Source: Paraspadella gotoi
Lineage: Eukaryota > Animalia > Chaetognatha
Direction of reading: 5' to 3'
Length of the DNA stretch: 64,000 nucleotides
Assembly (NCBI GenBank): GCA_051294375.1
Contig: CM119266.1
Location: 19,851,657 to 19,915,656 of the forward strand
Positions 37,258 to 50,264 of this stretch are shown one piece after another. The first letter of the stretch is position 1; each line of letters begins with the position of its first letter. The position numbers and the translations under genes were made by a program. Under the pieces are notes generated by a model. The model worked only from the letters and a program-made list of their open reading frames with translations. It was not told the DNA's origin and searched no databases.

Positions 37258-40200
37258 TTTCTATAAAATAGTTTCCTGCCAATTTTTCAGAGCGCCTTCG
37301 TCGAATGGTCGATTTTAATGCCGCGTTTTAAGTCGCGCGAAAGTTCTACCTCTTCTGTCAATCATCAATTGATCCATCTCCGTCAATACTCGCTTCCAGA
37401 CCCTCGATCACTTCTATACTTCGCTCCATCGAATCTCACATCAATTCTCTCTCTTCTCCTCCTAACTCCTACTTCTAAGATCATCAATCTGTCATAATCG
37501 ACGCCTCTCTCCGTCTGCTCTGACTGAAATAAGTAAATTAGCACCTGTTCAGTCAACTCTCACTACCTCTTCACCATCTCCTAATCCTGCTGAACCATCA
37601 ATCTACTTAATCAGCGAGCTCGTACATCCTTCTCACATCATCTCTCTACAACTTCTCTTCTTCTCTCTGTCGGTACTCTCTTCATTCTCTCATACTCAAT
37701 ATCTCCCGACTTTTATTTATTCCTTTTGTCCAGGTTTCGCCCTACTTTGCCCTGGAAGGGTAAACAACTCGAGCCAATCATTTCTTTTCACACTAAAGAC
37801 ATTATGCCAACTGTCTGACTTCCTTCATCACGACATCTTTACGCATCAAATGTCTCACGAACTAGCACGTACAGACACTCAATCAACTTCCCATACTAAA
37901 TTACATAATCTATGCGTAAAACACAGTCTTAAAAGAATTGCTCTCTCCTCGTCTCTCTACCTACTATACCATCACAAGTATCACAATATACGATCTGTAA
38001 TATCATTACACACAATTCCACAGTATCTCCTAATCTTTGCCATAATAAATCGAAAATAATAAACTTACGGAGTGATCATGACGACGAAGTGAAAGATGAC
38101 GTACCGACATGGAATATAAGACACCCCGACGCTGGATTAAGTATGAAAATAAACTTAATGCTGATTAATAGTTAACATGTATATCAGAGAGTTAGCCAGC
38201 GGAGCAGTGTGTACAGTCGGCATAGTAAACAGACGTTCTACCACGCTTATCTTCAGTATCTTTTTACTGATTTATCGATTTCCAATGATACGAGAATGTC
38301 TCGACTACATCACAGCTCCCAGTGCGTCCAGCACTTATTCTGCCACTCTAATCACTAATTATTTACACAAAAATTGAAAAGACCTAAATCGAAAATATCG
38401 AATATAATCAAATAAATTATTATATATAAGTATAGACAAACACACTGAGATCGAATAATAATCCTTCGAAGTGACTCTAGCTTGACGAAACGACGTACTG
38501 ATCCGAACAAGATCAAACGACGTACTAACATATTACGAGACGCCTTTCTTATGAGAGCATAAGTATCACCATAGTCCATCCTCTACACACGAGTTTCTCC
38601 TGATCTCACTTCAAATATTTAAGTAAATCGAAGTTGTATGTCTCATAAATTGTTAAAAAAGTAACACCCATATATCCGAGTCGAACGAAAAGATCTGACC
38701 GCTAATCCACGAAAATCAGCAGCGAATGAGATGAAGTGAGAACGTTTAGTAGAGCACTAATAGAATCCTGTCCTTCAAAATTGAGAGTCATTATCCACAC
38801 GGTCAACTATGTGTAAAGACACTCGACATGGAAGCCACCGTTAGTATAGAAGTCCGTCGGGCGCTCACTCCGACCATATGACAGAGCCCTGTCTGGTCCA
38901 GTATCTATGGGTAAATTCTGCTCCGAGTTTCCTAGTGGTCTCCACTCGGCACAATTTTCCACGTTACACTCCATTTGAATACTCATCCAAAATCTTGAAC
39001 ATCTATTGAGCAATAAAAGATGATGACCGAGAGCGCAAGATATAATAAGTACGTCGATTGAAATAGCTAGGTGGTCCGCGAGACAAAGGAAAAGTTACAG
39101 TGGACAAACCCGTCTTATGGTCTGTTGTCCTCCATACGGCGCTGCAATAATGAAGACGAATGTAATAATTTTTTCACAACCTGACTTGAGCTTAATTGAG
39201 CTGGCTATGTCGTGTGTTTGCATCGATTTCTCAGTTAGAAGGAAAATATCGTATTAGCTTAAGAGCTTAAGCTGGTAGTCAGATGCAGGTCTTGCTAGTA
39301 GCCAGTAGAAATTCTCATGCATAAGCTGAACCTCTAATGATTTAAGTTTGCTTTATTTGGTATAGAACTTTACAAGTTGCGAATGTCGAAATTTATGTAT
39401 TGTCTCTTATCTAGTAGCAAATTATTAGTAAGCATTTTGTATGCTAGTCTCGAATGATACAAAGATAGGTTCACGAAGTTCCTGTGAGCACCAGATGCCT
39501 TCTCCAGCCGCTCAAGTCAAACATGATCATCTCAGCCTGTAAAGTTCACTCTGTACGATAATCTTTAAATTCAATTGTTTCAGAAATGAAACAGATGTAC
39601 TGATAATAAAACTAGCGCGAAGGTTTAAAATAATTCTGCGCTGAGATAACATTGGTTAACAGAGACGCGTGAATGTGTTCGCAAGAAGTTATCTTGATCA
39701 ATTACTCTCAAGAGTGAGGTTACAAATATAAGAAGAGAATATTGTTAATTCTTCCACTGAAAAAATGCTTCCAGCTCAGTCTAAGAGTACGATAAAGACA
39801 ATTGCATAAGCCTGTGTCCAATGCTAAAAGGTTTGCTCATTCTAATAATATCAATCAGAGTCAATAATAATAGTAGAATAAATGATCATTTCGAGTCGTA
39901 ACTGCATGATCATCAACAATATAATTTATTGAAAACAGGTAGCGCTAAAATAAAGATAAGACAAAATTATAAATGTATTGAGTTCAGAAGAATAAAAGAT
40001 CGTTACTTGTGCTTATCAATTTAAATTATCGCGGTATACACTAAGTGTTAAACGAAACCTTAATCTAAATGAAATAACATAAAACCACACAATGCTCTAC
40101 ATGTATCGTACTCAGCTCTCATAATAATATGCCACTAATACGGTATTTTTGACATTACACGTGACAACCTTCATTGTTTTGGTTGGGAGCATTTGAGTTT

Positions 40201-43200
40201 ATTCAAGCTCATAATGCCCAAAAAAATACGTATAAGAAATAGCACTGATCTTACGCTGGAGTCGATCATCGAACTTCAATACGACTCAAGATTTCTCACT
40301 AAATCACACAAATCAAGAATTAAACTGTCTTCGCACACGCATATCACGTGAATTACTCTTTGATTGGCCAACTGCAAATTCCAAAGCTTCTGATTTGCAT
40401 TTGCGTTCCGTGAAGAGATAATTTAATCATTCCAGATTCGAGATTATAGTGACAGTGCTTTTTCAACGCGGAAGCAATATGATTCAAAGATTGTTTGGGA
40501 TAAATAGTATCCCCTATTTATGAAATCCTTAACATAGTACACTATGCCCTCTACAATGTTCTAAGGGATAAATAAATGTAGCACAGTGAATATCATAATT
40601 TATATATGTGCACTCTGTATTGTAACCTGTGTTACTCCTAATAGTGTCACTATAAGTTTGCGTTTTTAAAACAAAAAGTCGAAAGTTCCATACTAATAAG
40701 ACACTCGTGAGACTGCCGAATGTAACAAGATGTGTCCGTAATATATAAGTATCTATATTCATATAAATATTAATCAACATAAAGTTTGTCTCCTGTATTA
40801 CCGATCGTGATAATCCAAATTTTTAAAAGCAGGTTCCTCAACTTAAAAATACTCAATAAAGAGCCTACAAGTGAAATATTCAATTGACGATAAGCGTACG
40901 GAAATAAAGAAACAGCGACATTAAAACCTCCAGTACAAAGATTACTGCTATGAAATATTTAGTTCTTTATACTATAAACAAAATCTAAAAAAACTTATTC
41001 TTACGATAGTCCTTTTAGAGAATAATCAGTCACGTTTTTTAGAATTTCTTCAATTGTTCTTATTAATAATATATCAGTTTGCAAATACACGTTATTACGA
41101 TATATAATAATCTAAATATAATGAAAAGAATATATGAGTCGCGATTCTATACATAACTCTCTAGCACGTAGTTTTATCATTATTTTTGAAATGAATGGCT
41201 AAAATGAATCTACCATCGAAAACTGAATACATGCCATGAAGAGATAATAGTTATAGAGATACTGATTGAGACCGATAAGCGATCGCGAAAACACACTATA
41301 CCTGATTTAATAAGAAATCGTGTGTTACAGCGGTGATTCACGTTAACCGAGATATTTGCAGTAGAATTAATAAATAATTACATAAATAAATATATATTTT
41401 TTTATTTCGTATAAATCACACAGAAAACGTAATACATGAGTTTCGATTAATTTATATGTGAGAACCGCACCAACACAGTGGCTGGAAGCGCAACACGCAA
41501 ATACAGGTTTTTTTTTACCTAATTAAATATCCCATAAATGTGATGAGTAGTAAATACTTTCGGGTAATCATTTCATACTAAAAATGATTTCTGTAGTGTG
41601 TTTATTTGGATCTTGTGTCTCCAGAGTTGTCTGTATACTCTTTCCGATTATACCTCGCATTCGTTATGTTTTTATTTTTAATTATTTAATTTTATCTTTT
41701 TCCAACACAAAGATCTACACTTTCGCAGTTAGGTGATGTGCTTCTTACTCTATGACAGATCCGAAACAAGCGGACAAGTTAAACCGTCAATTGTGATTGT
41801 GCCCTGAGCATTTATTTATTTTATTTTCGTGCGCCCCCCTCATCTGTTAAATGCGCTGACTGCCCTCAATCGTCCTACCTAAAATTTCCTAACGTTTGAC
41901 TCCTAAAAAAAAAATAAAAAAAAAAAAATACGGAATCGTATAATTATAACATATAACTGTCATTCGTGGTGTTTCTACAAGATAAGTATAATATACATAT
42001 CTACCGCGCTATCGTACTATTCGGCATCGACAGAGCCTTGTAAATCTTTCTCTGTTTGTCTACGGATACGAACAATCATTGTTATATGGAATTCTAATGA
42101 AGATAGTTATTGTAATCGGAGAGGAGTATACTCTCCTCGTTTTTTGTGGTTCCGGCAAAGCGATCATTTTTAATCGTCCCCGTATTCACATCGCCACCCA
42201 AAAAAAATACGAAGCGTGTTTTATAATTTACAAAAAAAGAAAGACAGTACGTTACTATTTTCTGCGTCCCTTTGATGTTAGCCAAGGATCGTGCTCTCCA
42301 TATATACGATTTCTTTTTCTCCATTCATGTATCCAATTGATTAGTAATAATTGTTACTGCATTCTATTATTCGAATCAAAATTCTCGAACGATAAAACAA
42401 AATAACACCTATCAAAAGAGTTTTATATAAAGTCAGGTGTGATGTTTTTTTTCTGTCTTAGATATCATAAATTCACTTTACGTATACATTAAATGCGTTC
42501 ACTTATTAGCATTTACTCATAATATGTTACTACAAAAGATACCTTATCACAACCTTATAGCTTATGATTCAAAGCACCGATATTTAATGTAAAGAATTAA
42601 TAAAATTGGTCGCGTTTTTTGCAACTAAGATAATATATCTTGATCGCTTATTGTAAATTTTATATCACCTATCAAGTAAACTGAACCCCGAACGTTTTTG
42701 TAATAATATGGTTTATGTTGCATTCCATCTCCCGGTGTCCATGACAATTGTATCTATACTTTTAGACCGATTTATAGGAGTTTGACCGTCTCACTACATA
42801 TCGAACATAAGCTATGTAGGAGAGAATAATTTGCTATGGTATAAAATTATATGAGATTAGGTGACAGCGAATAGCACAATTAGAGACAGAGATAAGCGCA
42901 CCAGACGAAACTTCGTTGACATATTGAAAATTTTCTTTGACAGACAACGAAATCACCATTGAATGTAAAAGATCCTATAGAAACCTGGCTCCTCTTTAGA
43001 ACACGGACGAGGAACACAAAAGAAGAAAGTCACAGGACACTAACAATCACATTTTCTCAGCTCAAATAAATTGATCAGGCTAGATATAAAATGAATACAT
43101 CTATTAATAAATCAGTTTATATTAATGGATGACTTATCTGTTCCAATCGTTTGGAATTTTTGAAATATTAATTGATGACTGAAAAATTTGCATTAAACGA

Positions 43201-46200
43201 AATGTACAGGACAGACAGCCATGCACTGACTCTCAAAATTCTAATGACTCAACTAGGAGCCTGCTGCGCGCAATAACTCGAACGCAGCATTCTGAGAATC
43301 GAAAGTGTGAGAAAGAGAGTGAAGAAGTAGATTAATGTATAGAAGGGATTATAGAGATACGGTGTGCCATGTCTGCATAAGCAACGCCGTGTTAGACGAT
43401 CCAGCACATCTTCTGTGCAAATTGTTAGATCATTGTAAAGAAAGGGTAAAGGTGATTAGGAGACATCACTTGTCGCTTGTCACGAGTGTCGCTCAAGAAC
43501 CCATTACAATTCTTATTTTATCTCAATACAAGAGTTAATTTGCGTCAATGTTCTCCCATAGTCGTTAACCATTCTTCTCTTATCAAGTCGTCTCTCTTCT
43601 CCAATCTTTCAGATGCTCCATCTCCTCATAATCTCAATCAACTGGGCTCATTTTCTCTCATCGACACGTAATCGACCAGGAGAAACCGACAGATGACCGC
43701 GTTTTCCTTAATTCCTCTCTTATGCGTTCGTGATGAAGAAAATTCCATCATTCTCTATCATCCCCGCTTGGTTTGTTCACCGTCCATGCTTATTTAGATT
43801 GTCCAAAAATGGTCCGACTCCACTCTCTAACACCACTCAGCGTTGAGTAATGCTCTTCTAACTATTTCCAAAACGCACGGTCGTGCATCATATCTCTCTC
43901 CGATGTCGTTTATTTTTAAAGAAAACAAGTGTGCTCACATAAACAGACTAACCGTGGAGTAGAGGTAGTCCTATATATTGTAAACATTGAAGATATGTAT
44001 GCTATAAAATTCTTTCTTAATAATTAAAATATAGAAATTGCAATACTCACTCGCTAGAAAATTAATCATTCGAGAAAAGGAAATATCCAACCACCGTCAT
44101 CTCCTCTGTCGTACTTCTCGCCACTATGTTCCTATTCTACGTGCAGTTACCTCTTCCAACGAAGATCGGTCTCCTATCTTATGCGAGATGAGCGTCCCAT
44201 TTCAGCTGCACAATTGAATTTAATTTTTTTTTTTTAATCGTATATATTATGAAAATTAGGTCTAAGAGTTTAAAGAAACAATAAAACATATCTATAAAAG
44301 AGTAATAAGCCATTAGCTGCTCTAAAAGGGGCATTATGGTGCATTTAGGATTAAAACACAAGTAGATCAAATAGACAGGAAAACATGAAAAAAGCGTCCT
44401 TCCAGTGAAGTAATTAAGTACCTATAAACTCCCTCTCTTGTCGTTTACATATAAATTCTGGATAATTTTACCAAAATTACGTCTTCTAGCCTACGATCAA
44501 AAAATATTGACCACTGCACGAATATTCTAAATACTCTGTTAAGCGAAAATCCGTGGGAAACACAGTGAGAAGTGAAAATGGAAGGGGGCGGAAGCGAGAA
44601 GGGGCGGATGTGAGATAAGAGAGATACTAACACGGAGCTAGTGCGTACAACATCGTCGCGAACGAACACAGAAGTAGAAGCGTCTAAGATTACTGATCGT
44701 CTGCATTCGCCGTACTCCATCGTCCAGCATGCTGCACAGAGAGACTATGATTTCGGTGACATCGTCCATAATAGTTTAACGTATTGAAGCCTTGCCAGGC
44801 GTTGCACTGAACCTCCAATTATGCTCTTATTTTTTTATCTTTCCCCGGAAGCAGAGGCTGAACGGACGCATTGCCCCCGTCTGTCTTCGACTGACCTCTC
44901 CTCTTCGTTCCGCAGATTTTTTTTATCACTCTTTGCGGGCATCGTCTTCTTCTTTTAAATTTGTCCCGCGCCCGTCCTTCTTCTTTTCAATTTTCTCGTT
45001 ACGTAGCAGCGCATGCCTACTCTTTTCTTCGATCTTCTCCGTGTATTTTATGCGTCCACCTTGTGGTACTTAAACAATGATTTTTATCACTATATATAAT
45101 ATAGGGATGAGATTGCTGATTTATATATTTGGACGGAGCGCGACATCCATCACAGAAGACTCCTTCTATAAGTGGACTTGAAAATTCCTTTCCAGTTCCC
45201 AATCCTCCCCCTTCAAGCTTTTAGGCAACTTAGGGAAAATCAGTACGACGTTTTTTCGTGCGACGTCCGATTCAGTCCCGATTAGCAAACATATGCGCAC
45301 CATCAGTTCGGAATAGGTTGAAGATATATACGCGATGTTTTCGCTGGCCACACAAAACCTTCTCAAATGATTTCTTTAACTTTTTCTTATGCATAATTCG
45401 TTTTCTTAGTTGGCTGGATTTAGAAATAAAAAACTTTAACATAGGGCGCCGATGAAATGAATATGGAAGTTAAGATCAGCGGTACAAGTTTGGTCCTATA
45501 ACTGATATCACGTTATGTGTTTGTTTTTTAAAGGACTGTATAGTGTATACTTAGTACTTAGTTTTCATCCTCTAACCTTCTTAGAAGTAAATACTTAGAT
45601 ATAACCAGATCCAAAAACTCTCCTTGCAGTTCTGAAAGCCTATAATTTAATTTGGTTTCATAATAGAATTAAAAATTTTAAAAAATTTGAACTAAAAGTT
45701 AATTTCTAGGGACTAAAAAAAATTTTTTAAAAAATTCATAATATAATCGAGAAAGCAGAAAAAAATTAAGGTTTTATTTATCAGAAAAGAGAATGATCGA
45801 ACTTACTCACCTAATCACTTTTGTTAGCCCCATTTCCCCCCCAATGAGAAACTTTATTCTAATCTAACTAGTTTTATAAACTATAGTTCTATAAACTTGA
45901 AAAATAAAAAAAACATAGAAAGTAAAGTAAAAACGGAAAAAGACACAAAGAAAAAGGAAAATCATGGAGGACGATTAATATTCGCCAAACTCAACGACAT
46001 CTCGTGGTCTTTCGTAACTGAAATGATACGTGGAATGGCGTCGTGATGCTCGGCAGAGAGAAGGTTTGGGTTCGATGGAAGGTCATCCAGACTCTGACTT
46101 CCTTCCCATGACGAGACGATGGAGATGGCGTCGTTGTTGTGGTTCTCAGCTCGACATCCCTAGTGGGGTAGTCAACCGTTTTTCATTGGTGGCGTCTTAG

Positions 46201-48130
46201 CGAAGACTGCCTTCAGGTTTAGCAATACAGACAATTAGACATTGTCATTTTGACAACACATTATTAATGCGCATAATTCGGCATCATTTAGAGTTGAGTA
46301 CCAATATATGCTGAATTGTGCATATGTTTCTTACTTGTGATCACGTAAAAAAACGATCACTTGGAAAAAAAAGTCAACGCATTGTATCTCATTTAATAAT
46401 TAGTCAACATACTGAATATTTCGCACAGAGGTTATGAATCCTTAACGCTAAATGTTTATCCTGTGTAGTCAAGTGAACATAAACAACTACGGTCACGTGA
46501 TCAAACGCTGCTCACAACTATCTCTGAAATCTATAACATATTGAATTGCATCCATAAGACAATTAACGTCGGCAAAATCCGTAATAATAGGATTTGTTTA
46601 AAATGCTAATGAAATTTTTTTTTTAAATTTCTATAAAAATATTTAAGTGCGAATATGGTAACAATTTTAATGACTATATATCTATCATTATCTACAATTC
46701 AACTGCTTTAATTTGAGACCACTCCTAACGTTTCTCGTTTCTCAATATATTAATAAAATTTCATAAAAAAATATGTTTTCTCCATATTTATAAATTATAA
46801 ACAAACTGAAGAAATCATCCAAAAATAATGATGATGATGTTTTTAAATGACTAGGATAAAAAATAGAAAAATTATAGTCTTTTGTTTATTAAAATGTTTT
46901 GGGTAGCTGGGTACTTATTAAAGTTTTGACCCACCTCGATGAGGACGGCAACTCATGCTATATAAGAACTATCATCCTGCAACCGATTTTGAGGACATAG
47001 CGGACTTTGCGAAATGGCAGGAAGCGAATTGACAGTCAAACCGACGATCGACGATATTGTGAACGATGAAGACGACGACGACGACTGCTGCCTGGTGGAT
47101 GACGATGCTAACGACGATTTGGTAAACGACGACGATGACGACGACGACGAATAAGAGAATGAGATGACGTCGACGACGACCATTCGATTCCATCCGTCTG
47201 TCTGGTCAAATCCAGAAAAACTTTCATGCAACTTACGTTCCCCATATCTCAGGGTTTTTTTTTTTGGTAAGTTAATGGTAAGTCGATGCTTGGTCTACTT
47301 CCTCCGGAGGTAGGACGAGAGAGGGGGGAGAGAGATATGGAAGGGGGGGGGGAATAATCAATTCCTTTGATGGAAAAGAAGAAGGAAGAAAGTTTTTGTT
47401 TGGTTATATATGTTTATTCTTTTTTTGCGATTTTTTTTTTTTTTGCTTTTTTCAAAATGATGGATGAAAAATCAAAAAGCCCCGACGTTGGAAAAGGAAA
47501 ATAAGTCAAAATGACGAAAATGAAATGTGTGACTGTAATCTTTGTTTATAGAACAAATTTGAATTTTAGAGTATTTTTTTTTAAATCCAGCTTGTTCACT
47601 TTAGGAAAATAATCTAAGATTTCATCTTGTTTTTTGGCGAGATTCATTCGTTTGTATTAAATCAAAGTCTAAAATGAATATTATTTTATTCGATTCAAAA
47701 TTTTTTTTCAGACTTTCAACGCTTGAGGCTCGAGAAATAATTTTGTTTATTCGGTTGTCAGAGAAACTACAAGTGAACTCAAGACTTAATTCCCAATGTC
47801 AATAATAGGAGAGAAAGCGTTGTCTCTCTACCCTTTCATTTCCTTGAGAGAAAGAATATACGGGAACCGGAAGGAGGGTCTCTTGAATTATGAACTACCT
47901 ATTCGGCGAAGAACCGATGCCCAACATCAGAGCAAAACGAAAAATGAAAATATATGAGGAAAAAAAAAGGAAGTAGAAGATAAAGAGAGAAAAAATAAGG
48001 AAAAAATAGAAAAAAGGAAAAAAAGAAGGAAAGGAAAGGGCATAGGAAGAAAATTACGGTCATGGGACAAATAGTCCAGAACAGGAGGAAAATAAGAAAT
48101 GGAATGAACAAGGAAAAAAAATCTTTGATT

Positions 48131-48216
<86 letters not shown>

Positions 48217-49800
48217 CTCTCTATTCTCTCGCTGTTACCGTCATAATAAAGTAATGATATTATGTGTTGAGAAAAGCAAAGGAAAATTGAGTCGTAACCG
48301 GAAGAAAATTTGCGGAACAAAACGTTCTATAAGAATTATTCCCCAGTTCAACAGGAAAAAAAAGTTTTTACAAATCAAAGGGAAAAATTTCGTTGCTCAA
48401 GAAAACTAATTTACTTTTCCAATTGAGAAAAAAAAAATTTAATAGGTAAATATACAACCCGATATAAATTCGCTTGTAAAATAAAAAAAAATATCTGAAC
48501 CACAAAAAGAAGCAAAATATATGTATAAGGGAAAAAAAATTGGAAGATGCGAAACGAAAGAAAGGGAAGATTTCGTGACTTTTTTTCTTTCATTATAATA
48601 TCTTTTTTTTTTTCTTTTTTTTCTTTCATTATAATATCTTTTTTTATTCTTTTTTTTTCTTCTTGACCTTGCACAAAATGGAGGGCAACTACTTCTCTTC
48701 CTTCTCTTCGCCAAAAGAAAAAAAAAAGCACGGTATACGTATCCATATTTGGTGGCGACTTTTTTTTTATCAACTCCGAAATCTTTTTGAACAATTTGCG
48801 CTGTCGAGGGGGGAGGGTAAAAATTCCTTTTCTTATCTTTTTTTTTTCTTTCCTTCTTTTCCTTTCCTCCTTTTCCTTTCCCTTATTCTCAATCTTCTCT
48901 TTAAAAACCTTTTTCCCCAATTTCAATGTCTCATTCATTCTCCATCTCTTTATCGCTTTCCTCCATTTTTTCTTTTTTTCCTCCCTCTCTCCCTTTATCA
49001 ACTTCGCCATTTTATTTCTAATACCAGATGTAAACGTATCAAACTCTCCCTTTGCTCTTTATTTTCTTTTATTCTCTAAATCTCCCGTTTTCTTTTCTTT
49101 TTTTTTTTTTGTTCCTTTATTCTTTCCTTCTCGTTTCCTCCCTATTTCTCTTCTTCATATCGCCTTCAGGACAAAACAACATTCACATTTCGTCTCCCCC
49201 TTTTTTCCTCTTTTCTTCATTCTTTCCACAGCCAAGACCTAATACCCCAAGACCCCCAAGACCCCTAAGATCTTCTTGACTTTCCCTCTCTTCTCTTTAT
49301 TCTTCCACCACCCAAGACCTTATACTTCTTGACTTTCCCTCTCTTTTCTTTCTTTTTCCACCACCCCAAGACCTAAGACCTTCTTGACTTTCCCTCTCTT
49401 CTCTATATTCTTTCCACCACCCCAAGACCTAATACCTTCTTGACTTTCCCTCTCTCTTTTTATTCTTTCCACCACCCCAGACCTATACCTTCTTGACTTT
49501 CCTCTCTTTTATTTCTTCTTTCCACCACCCCAAGACCTAATACCTTCTTGACTTTCCCTCTTTTTCTTTCTTCTTTCCACCACCCAAGACCTAATACCTT
49601 CTTGACTTTCCTCTCTTTTCTTTCTTCTTTCCACCACCCCAAGACCTAATACCTTCTTGACTTTCCCTCTCTCAACACGCCGAGATATAATCCTTCCCTT
49701 TCTTTCCTCTCACCCCACAGCATCAACGACGGGCGAAGATCAGGTGAGCAATTTTTTCGAGCTGGCTTCTGAATAAGCGATGATGTAACGTATTTGTCTT
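37258..49800 (+). other. Tandem second copy of 27647-37232, probably a long-read gap-filling artefact
   Basis: Begins after a 25-N gap (37233-37257) with ...cagagcgccttcgtcgaatggtcg (=27680) and ends at gtatttgtctt (=37232). 37258-~45360 is colinear with 27647-32750 but inflated by scattered small insertions; 45367-49800 is near-identical to 32750-37232 apart from homopolymer indels. Confidence 0.9.
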
Positions 49801-49853
49801 TAAGTTGATGTTACGGCTTGAGGCGTTGACAGTGACACGAAAGAAAAAAAGAA

Positions 49854-49888
<35 letters not shown>

Positions 49889-49900
49889 AAGAGAGAAGAG

Positions 49901-49934
<34 letters not shown>

Positions 49935-50264
49935 AGAGAGGAAGGAGAGACTAAAAATGGAAAATATCATATCAATACTTGATGTACTTCCCCTTTTCTT
50001 TCTCTCTCTCTCGCTCTCTCTCCTTCTCTCTCTCGCTCTCTCTCTCTCTCTCTCATCTCCTTCGCCTGCAGGTTGCCACTCGACGGCGGCGTCAGCGACG
50101 GCAGTCCGCGGCGTCAGAGCACCTGTCGTCAGGTTGACAATATCTCTCCGCCGCCGCCACCAGAAATGGCTGCAGTCGCCGCGACAGCAGCGGCGGGGAA
50201 ACGGAAGCCGCGGCGCGAACGAACGTGGATCGCGGGCTGCGATTTATGGTTTCCCGCGTTCTGA
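49721..50264 (+). other. Possible spliced exon pair (23-nt exon plus GC-rich exon) of an unidentified transcript
   Basis: ccccacag|catcaacgacgggcgaagatcag|gtgagc (49721-49743; also 37152-37174) and a long pyrimidine tract ending cctgcag|50072 into a GC-rich island; reading frame unresolved. Confidence 0.3.

Noticed and set aside
37850-45455. ORFs in the degraded duplicate as novel or horizontally acquired genes
   Set aside because: The sequence is a noisy copy of 27647-32750 and the peptides have no recognisable motifs.
46953-47231. Identical ORF pair (34364 and 46953) as a recent gene duplication
   Set aside because: It lies inside the probable assembly duplication and is largely (GTC)n-derived.
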